Shown: positions 1 through 12,110 of the stretch, one piece after another | Position numbering within the stretch: position 1 is the stretch's first letter | How the letters are laid out: each line of letters opens with the position of its first letter | Source of the DNA: Mustelus asterias | Taxonomy: Eukaryota | Length of the DNA stretch: 64,000 nt | Assembly (NCBI RefSeq): GCF_964213995.1 | Contig: NC_135804.1 | Location: 113,522,001-113,586,000 of the forward strand | Reading direction: 5' to 3' | Position numbers and translations under genes: made by a program | The notes under the pieces: generated by a model | Told to the model about the DNA's origin: nothing | The model's database searches: none | Seen by the model: only the letters and a program-made list of their open reading frames with translations

Positions 1-134
1 TAGCTGGAAGCAATCTGTATATGTATTTTGGGATATTAGAAGTAAGCTGTAGCTTTTAGTGAGTTTGTGTTTTGGTATAAGCAAGGTTGAAAACATTAGT
101 TAGATTCATGTTAAACAAAGGGGCTTGCATGCAT

Positions 135-375
135 AAAAGCAAATTACTGCAAATGCTGGAATCTAAAACCAAAAGAGAAAATGCTGGAAAATCTCAGCAG
201 GTCTGGCAGCATCTGGAAGGAGAGAAATGAGCTGATGTTGAGAGTCCAGATGACCCTTTGTCAAAGCTATGACAAAGCTTTGACAAAGGGTCATCTGGAC
301 TTGAAACATCAGCTCGTTTCTCTCCTTACAGATGCTGCCAATCCTGCTGAGATTTTCCAGCATTTTCTCTCTTTA
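135..375. mobile_element. Short non-coding foldback element with HHR motif (PLE-mobilised type)
   Basis: Inverted arms centred near 269-275; 13-bp TSD ggcttgcatgcat at 122-134 and 376-388. Confidence 0.8.
276..314 (+). ncRNA. Minimal hammerhead ribozyme motif with U3-A8 core
   Basis: AGCU-UUGACAA-A-GGGUC-AUCUG-GACUU-GAAA-CA-UC-AGCU. Confidence 0.55.
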
Positions 376-1129
376 GGCTTGCATGCATGTAGGTTTTGGT
401 TTAATTTCAAACTGTGGCTGCATCGTGATTAGAGAGCTTACAACGTGAAAACAAACAAGTTTTAAAGAAAGACTAGGCTGTTGCTTAGCAACCAAAGGCC
501 CCATAGGTTACAAAGAATTTTTGAGTTTAGTTTTAAGCTGGACCCAGTAGCATTTGGAGCGAGGTAGCTGACAAAGAAGCAGCTCTCACAGAAACGAGAA
601 GCAGTCCAATGGAGTAAGGGGAAGAAGGCAAGTCCCAGAAGCTAATGAACAGATAGTTTTAGAAACCAGTGAATGAAATAAAAGTCCCAAGAAGACCAAA
701 GTCAAAGGAACTAGAAATTGAACAAGATTCTGTTCAATACTGAAGTTAAAGGAAGGGGCAGAAAGAGACTCCCAGTTAAAGACAGAGCTAAAAGGTGCAG
801 ACCTAGAGACATTGGCTAGCGAGAAGATCGATATTGTAAGTAATTCTAAGGTTGGTGACACCTCAATACAGCCTGTGAAGCAGTACTGTCCTGTTGGTGT
901 GATGTGGCTCAGATGCTTGTGGCAAGCCAAGGCAAACAAATACTGAAAGGAGACACTGAAATCCTGGAAGTGGATCATGGTGAAGGCATTTGAGAGAAAC
1001 CATTGTTTGGGAGAAATTTCCAAGTTGTGTCCTTTTGAGAGTGAAGTTTGGAAACACCTGTGTAGAAGTAACAGTTTCAGTGAGACCAGTTGGCTTACAG
1101 TAAGATAAGCATCTTGGGAGGGTGTGGGT

Positions 1130-1172
1130 GCGCGCGCGGGGGGGGGGGGGGGGGGGGGTGGGTGGGGGGGGG
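1130..1172 (+). repeat. (GC)n plus long G-run, G-quadruplex-capable
   Basis: About 20 consecutive G followed by tgggtggggggggg. Confidence 0.8.
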
Positions 1173-1309
1173 CAGGAGAGGAGAGGAGGAGGATTTGATG
1201 AGAAGTGCATAGTACTTGTACTGGGTGGTATCTGCCACAAGTAGGAGGTGTCTGACAACACAGAAACATAGAAACTAGAAGCAGGAATAGGCCATTTGGC
1301 AGGGAGGTC

Positions 1310-2207
1310 GGGTTGGGAGATGTGCGCTGATTTGCAGGATTCACACATGGTTGAGACCCATGGTGGGAAGACCAGGTAAGTGATTTTAATCTATTTTTAA
1401 TGTGATTTCAATGTCATTATTGGGCCTGAGACTAATTTCCCATGGCTTGATAGCATTTCCCACCCCGCCAGGAATATTTCACTCCGGCGGGGTTTAGAGT
1501 GGCTCCCCACTTTCGGGGAACTAGCGGGAGACCCCGCTGGAGTGAAGGGGGCAATCGGGAACCCCCCCAGATGTTGGGCAGTGGGGATTGGTGCCCCCTG
1601 GTTATGGGCATCCTGGCAGTGCCAGCCTGTGCCCCCGGCACTGGCACCCCCGGCACTGCCCAAGGGTCGAAGTGCCATTGCCCGGGGGCACCTTGGTACT
1701 GCCCACTAGTCTTCGGGCAGTGTCAAGGGAGCGGGACATGGGACACGTGGGCAGGGCTTAGGGGAGATCAATGGGGGTGGGAGTCCCGCTGCCATTGTGC
1801 ATGGGGATCGGTCAGGACTGGAGGGTGGCCAATGGTTGGGGCGCTCTGGGACGGGTCGGGAAAAACGGTGCTGGCCCGGGAATGCTTGTGGGGGCCGCGA
1901 TCAGGAATTTTGGGGTGGGGGGTGGGAGGTGAGGCAGTACTGCAGGGGTCCTGGGCTGACCAACGATCGAGCTGGTCAGCAAACTGCAGGCTGACAGTTT
2001 GGGGCCACTGCGAATGCAGAGGCCTGGAACTGTCAGGCTCTGGCGTGAATAGGCCTCATTCCCCCGAGCTTTTAATGATATTCACGATTGTGACCTCTGC
2101 ATTGCACAGAGTGGGGCGATTCGAGTCTGAAGTTGAACTGAAATAACAGTCATGATTTACACTTGTTTTCTCGCCATTCAGCACTTTTTTTTGGGAGAAT
2201 CGCCCCC
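1310..2207. mobile_element. GC-rich non-autonomous DNA element, Harbinger-like terminus
   Basis: GC-rich block ending gggagaatcgccccc, similar to termini at 8599 and 35740; left end unclear. Confidence 0.4.
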
Positions 2208-5200
2208 ATTGTGTGTTAACAAACAGACAAACAGGGGTGAAAACATTATCTCTGCCCATTTTCAGTGGGGGAGGTAATAAAGTACTTCAATCACTGATCA
2301 AACATTAACTGTTGTAAACTCATTCTTCAAATGGAGACAATTCAATTTCATTTCAGAATTTTTTTTCTCTCTAAAACGGGAACATGCCACCCAACATTTT
2401 AAAATTATCAAGTATTTTGATATTTGTAAATAGGGAAAAAAATATTTCCACTCGTCAGTGTGTCATTAACGAGAGGCATTAATTTAAGGTCACAACCAGA
2501 AGAACAAATGGCAAGGTTGAGAGAATTGTTCAAATGCAGAAAATGGAATGCCCTATCAGAAACGATGGTGGATGCAGGATCCAGAAAACCTTCTAAATAG
2601 AGGTGGACCTTCACAAAGAGAACTTTGAAAGAATATGCAGCAACAGTATGAAGCATTGAAAAAAGTAATTGTTTGCCATTTTAGTCCGTCTATTAAAACA
2701 TGCCTGAGGACTATCGTTACTGGATTATTGCTGCATGACTGATTGCACAACCTTCCATTACAGTTTGATTGACAGCTACAAGTGGTTATAGACTTTTTGA
2801 AGTGGGACCATGAGTTTCAACATCTGTTTTCATCAGCGATTAAAACACTCGAATGAGAGAGAGATTATTTAATTGAGCAAATGTAAATCTCATGAATGAG
2901 TTTTTGTGAATGTGTGTTTTTCTTAAAATCATGTCTGTAATTGACACTTAGGGATGCATACTATGGGTTGAGGAGTAGTGGGGGTGGGGAAGTGGGGTCG
3001 ATGACTTGCCCTTCACAATCAAAATTGGCAGACTCACCAGACTGCCATATGAGAGTGAGCTTGGGGTGGGCAGGAAGGTATTGGGTTTTCAGACGCTCCC
3101 TCTGCAGAATACACGTTTAGTGGGGCATGCAAAATCCAGCCCTTAGAACTTTAATCTCAGCATGGGTTCGAAATCTGCCCATGGTGGATACATGGCGAGT
3201 TATAGAGGGTATAATAGCAAAGAATGGTGGATGGGGGAGTGGGTTGGCATGATGTGGCAGAGTGTAGGGGCTATAAGGGTAGTAGAGGGATGTGTGTCAG
3301 CAGAGATGCTATAAAGGGCCATTGGGGGGTTGGGTAGTGTTATTATAAAAGGCCACAAAGCAGCCCTCAGCTCCCCATATACTTACCATGTCCATCCAGG
3401 CGAGTTAGAGGGCATAGATTAGTACAAAGTGACATGGATTAGTATGTATGAGTCATGGGTGGTGGTATTTGAGGGCCGTTTTACATTTGTCAGAGCACTG
3501 AGACTGGTCTTATTCCCAGACTGTCTCCACACCTGGCAGCCTCTGCACTCATTCTGTAGTTGCGTTCATGGCTTCCATTTTCAACTGTCTCCCAGACCTA
3601 CTGACCGGGGCACTTTCGCCTGGGTTGCTTTTATGGAGCCAGGAATTTTCCTGACTCTGTTGTTGACTCGGAAGGGATAACTCAGACCATAGTGTCAAAG
3701 CAATTCCATGCTCAATCCTCTTAAAGCCAGGCCCTAAAAATGAAAGGACCTTGTACTAAGCCATCAGGTCATCCAGTCCCTTTAAGTTAAACAAGTCTCA
3801 GTTTTAAAGTCTACTGTCAAGTTCATTTGTGGAAGAATCAGGTTGGGATTCATCATGATCATATTGGTCACTTCAACCACATCAAGCACTCCCTTGAAGA
3901 CAACATGGGAACTAAATTAGCTTCATAAGACAATCATTGTCTCCTGTTCAGGTCAAAATAGTGATTACCATAAAACTCATCAACAGTAGAAGTATGCAGG
4001 CATTTTGATATTAATAGATAATGTATGATCGTTGGCAAGGAGACAACATTCTGCAAAGCTATATCAATTTTTGGCTTACTACTTTCTTTCAATAAAGGTG
4101 GTATGATTTATATGTCCAGTGCTGGCATGCAAACAGCTCTCCATTTTGACTGGATCCCGATTCTTGATTTTGAATTTCAAAGTTCCTTTAAGTGACTAAC
4201 AATTTGAACCACATAGCTCTGTTGTAACTGATGCAGTAAAATTATTCTTACACCAAAAAGTAAATTGGGACAACTAACTATTCACTGTTGCTGCACAACA
4301 CAATGACTATTAAATCGTTTTCATCGCAACTTTCCACTGAGCCATCTATCATTTCATTTGTTACTCTGTAACAGGTTCCCACAGGCAACTTTTGCAAAAA
4401 TTCGTGATCGACTCTATTCCAAGGATGAGTTTACACATGCCATAATCTGAGGTGTTAGTCCAACTTTGCCAAGGGGAAATCCTGTGTATAAACTCTAAGA
4501 ATTGACCATGTTCATGAAGCACCACTTCTGATCATTGATAATAAACTGACCAGCCTGTGATCTGGCTTTTCCCCCTTTCCACCACAGATGACAGAGTTCC
4601 CTTGTTTAACTGTTGCGATCCATATTTTATTAAAAGATTGGTTTAATATCAGGTAATGTGTTACAATTACCCCAGTTTAACCAGCTCTGCTTCACTTTTA
4701 CATGATGTATTACAACAGATTCACACAGTTGCTTTCCATTTGCTCCCACAGTGGGCAATGGATGGCACATATCTCCTGTTCACTGTCATGCATATAATCC
4801 ATCTGCTACTTTTGGAAATTCAATGACTCACTATTGAGTAATTGTTTCTTGGCACTAACTGATTTTGTTTTTTTTTTAAAAAAAGTACCATGTCATGAAT
4901 GCTTAAAGAACTCAAATTGCATGTGTAACTTGACCATTTATTCTGTGACTGCATGAAGTTCACAGATGTCTCAGTTTGTTACTGTGAATGTATGGAGTTT
5001 GCAGATGTGAAAGTTACTTTTTTCTCCTCAAACCCAGCTATTGCAGTTCAGTTGCTGCAGTCATTATCCAAACTGTTCCGGATCTTTCAAAGAACGGCTG
5101 TTGTAATTATTTATTACCATATAACTGCTGCGCCATCCTATGTGGTAAGTCACTATCTCCTTTAAGATACAAGTTGCCCCAATGATTCTTGGCTCAAAGG

Positions 5201-5892
5201 TACATCATGGCACCACACTCACAACACCATCAAGCTTTTGGCAGTGTCTGGTCAATATATATTTCTAAATGGGTTATCAAATGTATTCACACAAAAGCTA
5301 ACTTCACAGATTTCTAGATTCATTTCAAATCACTATCAATTCAAAGATTTCTAGGGTCCTGTCCCTCTCCCATTCTGCTCCTTTTCTGTATCAATAGTCT
5401 TCCTTCCATTTTAATCATTCAAAAAAGAGTTAATTCCCTCAACTTGCTTCAAAAATCGCCACTGCAGCAAATGGTATACATTACCATATATAACTATAAT
5501 GAACATTTCAGTCCATGGCCTCATTATGACCTTTTAAGTCTAACCAACAGCAAACAGCTCTTACTTTTGGTGGTTCCTTCCTTGTTATTTATTTTTCATC
5601 TATTGACATTCTTGGTTTTATCCTGGCCTCACAATGAATTTCCATGTTCCCATGAACATTACATTGCCAAAACAGTCTCCAGTAAGACTACTTTCCTCTG
5701 TTATACTGACACTTTCCCCCTGCAGTAACTCTCAATTTTTCCATCCAAGACTATTCACATATCTGGGGATGTTTCTGACACCCCGTTCCCACTCCCAGTC
5801 ACCAACCAGTTTCCAGTTTCTCAAACTTTCCTGCATTTGCCTTTGTTTTGATGTTACTTTTGCCACTGCTCCACTGATATTTTTGTTCTTGT

Positions 5893-6238
5893 TAGAATCA
5901 TAGAATCCCTACAGTGCAGAAGGAGGCCATTCAGCCCATCAAGTCTGCACTGCTCTCCAACAGAGCATCTTCACCCAGGGCCAACCCTGCTCTATGCCCA
6001 TAACCCCACGTATTTACCCTGTTAATCTCCTAAACTACACATCTTGGGACACTAAGTGGTAATTTAGCATGGCCAATCCACCTACCTGCACACCTTTAGA
6101 CTGTGGGAGGAAACCGGAGCCCCCAGAGGAAACTCACGCAGACATGGGGAGAACGTGCAAACTCCACACAGTCACCCAAGGCTGGAATTGAATCCAGGTC
6201 CCTGGCGCTGTGAGGCAGCAGTACCTGCCACAGTGCCA
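5893..6238 (-). mobile_element. HE1-type V-SINE, CR1-type tail
   Basis: tRNA-like head, V-domain, tail ...ccttctgcactgtagggattctatgattcta. Confidence 0.85.
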
Positions 6239-7512
6239 TTCCAGTTGCAGATTTGCCAACTTGCTCTATACCATTACCATGTATTATAATTTTCTTGAAA
6301 GAAAAATTTGCTACCACTTTCTGTTCCGTAGTTTTACTATGACGGTGCCCAACATTACACTTCATTTTCTCCACTGAAAAAAAATTGAGGAGGACGACCT
6401 TGCACTGGCAATGACAATCTCACTATTACATTTAGAACTTGTCTTCACTTCAAGTAACCTAAATCTTTTAGCTTTTGATAAAACCAATGCAATAGCCTTT
6501 AGCCCCATTATCACCATCAGATTTATTGCTGATTTAATTCAATCAATTTATCAGCTGTACTTTTTTATTGAACAAATGAGGAAGCACAATGAGGCTATGT
6601 TTCATCAATGCTACCAAACAGAACAGGTACTGCCAGGATAATGAGCAAAACTGAATGTATACAACAAATCTACTCCTTCCTAAGCACCACTAACCCAATG
6701 TATCATCCTTGAGGAAAAAAAGTGATCAAATACAAACAAAAGACCCAAGGAGATCATTGCAACCAGCATTCAGTCACTTACAATATCTACAGTTTACAAT
6801 TAATGTCATTTTAGAGTCATATTTTATGTTTGAAAGGGCTATTGGCTTTCCATCGAAATACGTTAAATTCGCTTTTGTACGGAGTACCGAATAATTAAAA
6901 TATTGTAGAACAACAGGTTTGGCTATAAGGAAAATGACACCAGAAAGTTTTGTAGAGCACGATTATCTTTTCTGACTCAATTCCTGATGGTCTGCAACGT
7001 AGGATAGATATAATGTCAAGGTGGGTTTTTTGTTCCCCCTCTCTTAAATGGGATACAACTTACTTAGAAGTCACTTTGGATCCAAATGTTTTAAAATTTT
7101 AAGTAATTGTAAGTCATCACATTTCTACATCAGTTCACAAATAAATGACTAAAGGATTAAAATGTAACAAAGACATATGACACAATTAATACAAAACGAC
7201 TACTCTTTTAATATTAAGACCAGACATAAAATAAATAAAAATGTTCCATTTTGGCTGGATACAGGGCACTACATTGAGTTAATGCACATCTAACAACCCA
7301 ATCTATAAAATTTGCATTGCAGAACATAAATAATGATTCAGTTTGTTATGTATTTACCAAGAGTTTAAAGCTTTTTAATGTTTCGGTTCATTATCTTTAG
7401 TATCTGAATACCATTACCTATCCACGTATTATTTCGTAGTCTCACGATTATCACCTGATTCAAACATATAAGCACAATGGGGGGTGTGGGCGGGGCAAAA
7501 GGTTTTACATAC

Positions 7513-7596
7513 CTGCAGTAGGGATTCCTTCGAGATGCGTACCTTAGGGTCAGGAAACGATAGTAGAAAAAGGGGAGGAATAAATGAGCCCGGCCT
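7513..7596 (-). CDS. TMEM33: Internal coding exon of a TMEM33-like ER membrane protein gene (equivalent to the penultimate TMEM33 exon)
   Basis: tttcacAG acceptor, then A GGC CGG...TGC AG, then GTatgt donor; 84 bp, phase 2/2. Translates GRAHLFLPFFYYRFLTLRYASRRNPYCR versus recalled human TMEM33 GQGSLLQPFIYYRFLTLRYSSRRNPYCR. Could be a paralog. Confidence 0.85.
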
Positions 7597-8228
7597 CTGT
7601 GAAATAAACACATACATCTGGTTGACAATTTAATAACTTTGAACATAAAAATTAAGATCGAAGTCATACATCAAAGACATTCAGCTGTTATCGGAATCCT
7701 AAACAAAGTACTGACAAATAGATTGAAGTGATCAAACGGTAACACAGACAACATTTACTTGCCTCTATTTTTTGCATATATAAAACAAATAGATAGTTTT
7801 AAAAAATCCTGTTGAGACATTACCAATTCCCCTAACCTGTCGTGCAATTAAATCAATAAGGAATAAGCCAGTTTTTAACTGGGTTAACCAGTTGATACTA
7901 TATCAATGCCCTTTCTTGTAGTTACAACTTTGTGACGACAGTGGACAGTTTTACTAAGTGACCTTACTTTTATGGTAGTTGACTTGTATTGCTCTACATC
8001 TATTGGAATGAGATAGCGTGCCACACAATCATTCTCCCTTGCGACTGACTATATTTTGGATAAACTCCTTCAATATGTCTGAGCAAACAATAAATGACGA
8101 GAGTCTTGATAAGAATTCTTAAGCTGCTTTATTTCACCTAAAATAATTATATTTAATATAATTCTGAACACTTGTTGAATGAATGCAACTGATCTTTATG
8201 CAATAATACAAAATAAGTACGTGCCATA

Positions 8229-8495
8229 TGTTATGATGGCCACAAAGGCCTCGGGGTATCATTAATGGATCTACCCATGGGCTTTATGGAGTACAAACTG
8301 CCTTATTGAGTGAACGGAAGCTTGCCCAATGGGAAGGAGTCAGTGGCAGTTTTTAAGCCTGTAACTTTACCTGGACCAGAGTTGTAGGTCCTGAGGAGAA
8401 GACTACCTGACTCTAAGTCGCGGGAGCAACCTTTTCCTGTGGTTCACAATAAAGGGCGTTAGTGATGGAAACAGGTGTGTGGCTGAATTACTACA
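8229..8495 (+). mobile_element. Solo LTR
   Basis: TGTTA...CTACA ends, internal AATAAA, flanks ccata/ctata (5-bp TSD with one mismatch). Confidence 0.6.
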
Positions 8496-8598
8496 CTATA
8501 CTTTGCAAATAAAAGGATCATTGCACTTAATCTATTTAAAATGTTGTCTTTTTTCCATCAGTGAAGGCCCTTCACAACTTTACTTTTAGAAAATCTGA

Positions 8599-8725
8599 GG
8601 GCAGGATTTTCTGACCATGCTCACCCCAAAACCGGAAAATCTTGCCAGAGGTCAACAGACCTTTGCATGGTCCGCTCCCCCACCCGCTACAATTCCCGTG
8701 GCAGATGGGAAGGGAAAATGCCCCC
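8599..8725. mobile_element. Mini MITE, Harbinger-like TIRs
   Basis: gggcaggattttc ... gaaaatgccccc. Confidence 0.45.
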
Positions 8726-8849
8726 CTCCCCCCAAGTGTCCTTTCAGCCACTCTGTTACTTTCTAGTGTACACCTATTTGCATGTTATTACCCTATTCAC
8801 AGAGTGACAGTGAGATTAAAGGGCTTTCCGACACCATGGTTGGATCACC

Positions 8850-9390
8850 TGGAATAGGGTGAACAGTTTTGGTCCCCTTATCTAAGGAAAGATATACTGG
8901 CAATGGAGAAGGTTCACTAGGTTGATCCCGGATATGGAGGATTTTCTTATGAGGAGAGGTTGAGCCCCCACTCACTGGAGTTTAGAACAATGGGAGGCAA
9001 CCTTATTGAGACATATAGGATTCTCAAGAGGGCTTGACAGAGTAGATGCGAGAAGTTGTTTCCCTGTATGGAAGCATCTAGAACTAGAGGGCATAATCGC
9101 AAGAATACAGGGTTGCCTATTTAAGACAGAGCTGAGGAGAAATTTCTTCCCTTGGAGGGTAGTGAATTTGTGGAATTCTTTACTGCAGATGGTTGAAGTG
9201 GCTGGGGCATTAAATATGTTCAAGGTTGAGATGGACAGGCTTTTAATCAATACGGGAATCAAGGGCTGTGGGGATAAGGCAGGAAAGTGGACTTGAGGAA
9301 TACTATAATCAGAGCAGTCAGGATTTTACTGAATGGTGGAGCAGACTTGATGGGCCGAATGGCCCGCTTTTGTTCCTATGTCTTATGGTT
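8850..9390 (+). mobile_element. CR1 LINE 3' fragment
   Basis: ELRRNFFPWRVVNLWNSL C-terminal motif and CR1 tail. Confidence 0.8.
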
Positions 9391-10066
9391 CTGTGTTTTT
9401 AAAATTACTCAAACAAGTGAATGAACTTCTGTCCGGATACCTTTTTTAAACTTATGGACGAGACCTATGATATTGAACCCAAGAGGGTACTGTAAGGCGT
9501 GAGTTTCAAAATGTTATTACCCCAAAACTTAATAACGCTAATATAATCTAGTTCTGTAAATCTACATAATGAAATATAAGTAAGCTGCAGCAATCTTTAT
9601 AAAATATCAGCTTTTCCCTAAACATAAAAATTATGCAACTCTCTTCAGAGCCAATTACCAAAGTTTAATTAATTTTGACACAGATAGGGTGAGACTTTAA
9701 CTCACTCAAAGCCCATACTCAAGCAGAGTGTTAAAATCAAGCCCCATGTTGTATAAATATCAGCACTGTTCACCCTAAGGAAAGGATTATGATTTTATAA
9801 CACAGAGGAAGTCGCCTATATTAAATTAATTCATAGAGATTTCTTCTTCAATACATTAACATTGGAGGTGCAAAAAAAATCATTTAAATCAGGAAAACAT
9901 GCTACATATGCTAACTATATACCATGTATGTGTATGCCTATTAGATAGATCATAGGATTAATTTTCCTCTTCCACCAAAATATGATGAATTCCTGCTGTA
10001 TGGACAAAGTACATGCTACGGTTACCATGACAAATACTTCCAAACCAACTAAATAATTCTATTACA

Positions 10067-10341
10067 GAAAAAAGAGATGCTATCAAAGTTTTTCATCTTG
10101 CACTCATCAGGATAGCTCACAAGAAATGACCAATAGTTATGGAGGAACAACTATTTATACTGCACAAGAAGACAGAGCTGATTGGTTGGCAAGTGGACTC
10201 TGATTGGTGGAGGCAATTCCATGGAAAATGCAGCCCGATTAAATTCAGACCAGGCAGGCCGACTCTGATTGGTTAAGGCATTGCTTTGATAACATATCAC
10301 TTTTTTCAAGCAATGCTCAAGTTTCTGTGCTAGCAAATGAC
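10067..10341 (-). mobile_element. Non-coding PLE-type terminal fragment with HHR
   Basis: 13-bp TSD taattctattaca at 10054-10066 and 10342-10354; internal ctgattgg repeats; HHR near one end. Confidence 0.7.
10079..10116 (-). ncRNA. Minimal hammerhead ribozyme motif
   Basis: GCUAUC-CUGAUGA-GU-GCAAG-AU-GAAA-AACU-UU-GAUAGC; perfect 6-bp stem I. Confidence 0.65.
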
Positions 10342-11498
10342 TAATTCTATTACAACAGATATACATTGGAACGCACTGCTGTGTGCTCAAAACTGCTAAT
10401 TGTCAAAAGGAAGAATGTCCCTTTTTTTCCCTCAGAAATTTTAATGCTCATCAAGCTGAGGAATGTTAGTGCAGGGGAATGGAACTCTTTGCTTTTCTGA
10501 CACTTAGCATAAAACACTCCTAGCCAGATGCAGTTAAAATCTCCCTCTATTCTATCCAGCAACATGCCTTAATCCCAAACTTAGAAGAGCATTCTGTAGT
10601 GCATTCATGCAGTATTCTTGCACTTCACACATCAGCAGTCCTGTGGCCTCACTGCATGAGATTGCTAATTAGTGCTGAATTAAGGACAGTTTTGTGCTGT
10701 GCAGCTACATTAAAACTGTCTAACCTTATTTCACATAGAATCTTTACAGCCAACAAAAGGGTCTTTTATCCTGTTCGTCTTGGCTGGATTTGAAGCCATG
10801 CCCCTGAGGTGAAAGGCAATCAATGTCATTTAATAGGAGTGACAAAAAAAATCAGCAGCTCTTTATATATGTATATGTTTATTAATCACATAAAACAGTT
10901 TTGTAACTTATTTAATTTTTACACTATTAGATCACTCCAATAATATAATAAAACAGGAAAATCCAGTGTTATAATAATAAATAATTGAAACAGGTTTTGA
11001 CACTTTTATTCTTTATAAACAGGCTGTACTGCTCTAAATGGTTTTAGATTGATTCCAGATTGACTAAAATGTAGCTTGCAGCATTTATTTTACTGTTGTG
11101 GGCTTAGAATTTAATTATTATTATTAATATCTGTGAAACCTAGGGTGTGATCTAAATTTTAAACCATATACATAATCTCAGTCTTACATTTAAAGAAGTA
11201 ATGATGTGGGATATAATTTTGTTAACCATCATGCCATTTCTCCGTATATTACTATGAATATCTCAAATTCCTGTGATTATCAGTTCACTGCCCAGTTAAA
11301 AAGGTGCCAAAAGATACCTTGTTCCAGCAGAAAAACTATCCAAATGTCAGAAGTAGTTTTATTCCAGTACCAACCACACAACTAAAACACCCTCTTCCCA
11401 CCCTCTCCTCTTAATTTTAACTTAATTTCTAATTAATGTAGCTTACTTGTGAGTTCCGTACACAGTTGATTCACCTCTTTTTCTTTGAAGATTCAATT

Positions 11499-11844
11499 CA
11501 TAGAATCATAGAAACCCTATAGTGCAGAAAGAGGCCATTTGGCCTATCGAGTCTGCACCGATCACAATCCCACCCAGGCCCTACCCCCATAACCCTACAT
11601 ATTTACCCACTAATCCCTCTAATCTATGCATCTCAGGACACTAAGGGGCAATTTTAGCACGGCCAATCAATCTAATGTGCACATCTTTGGACTGTGGGAG
11701 GAAACCGGAGCACCCGGAGAAAACCCACGCAGACACGAGGAGAATGTGCAAACTCCACACAGACAATGACCCAAGCCGGGAATCGAACCCAGGTCCCTGG
11801 AGCCATGAAGCAGCAGTGCTAACCACTATGCTACCGTGCCGTCC
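11499..11844 (-). mobile_element. HE1-type V-SINE, CR1-type tail
   Basis: Full-length copy with A/B-box head and (ttctatga) tail. Confidence 0.9.
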
Positions 11845-12110
11845 ATATTTAATTTTGAGATGGGATCCACATTAGAAGTGTTCTAAGGCTGGTCCCAAAA
11901 GCCAATATTTCACCTAATTAAAGCCCAGAATTTGAAGAACTATACAGTAATGCTGCAACATCTGATGCCCGAATGCAAAACTAATGCTACTCTGCAGATG
12001 AGGTAATGCGATAAGTTACTTCATCCATAGAACCAATACGATCAAATCAAGACAAAATAACGAGTGCAATGGAGTTAAAATGTTTTTCATGTTCCCTTTG
12101 AATAGCATTT

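Noticed and set aside
163-432. Twin ORFs on opposite strands resembling a gene pair
   Set aside because: Artefact of the palindromic element.
586-2146. Long ORFs of 252, 161 and 215 aa
   Set aside because: They cross a G-run and GC-rich repeats; no recognisable domains.
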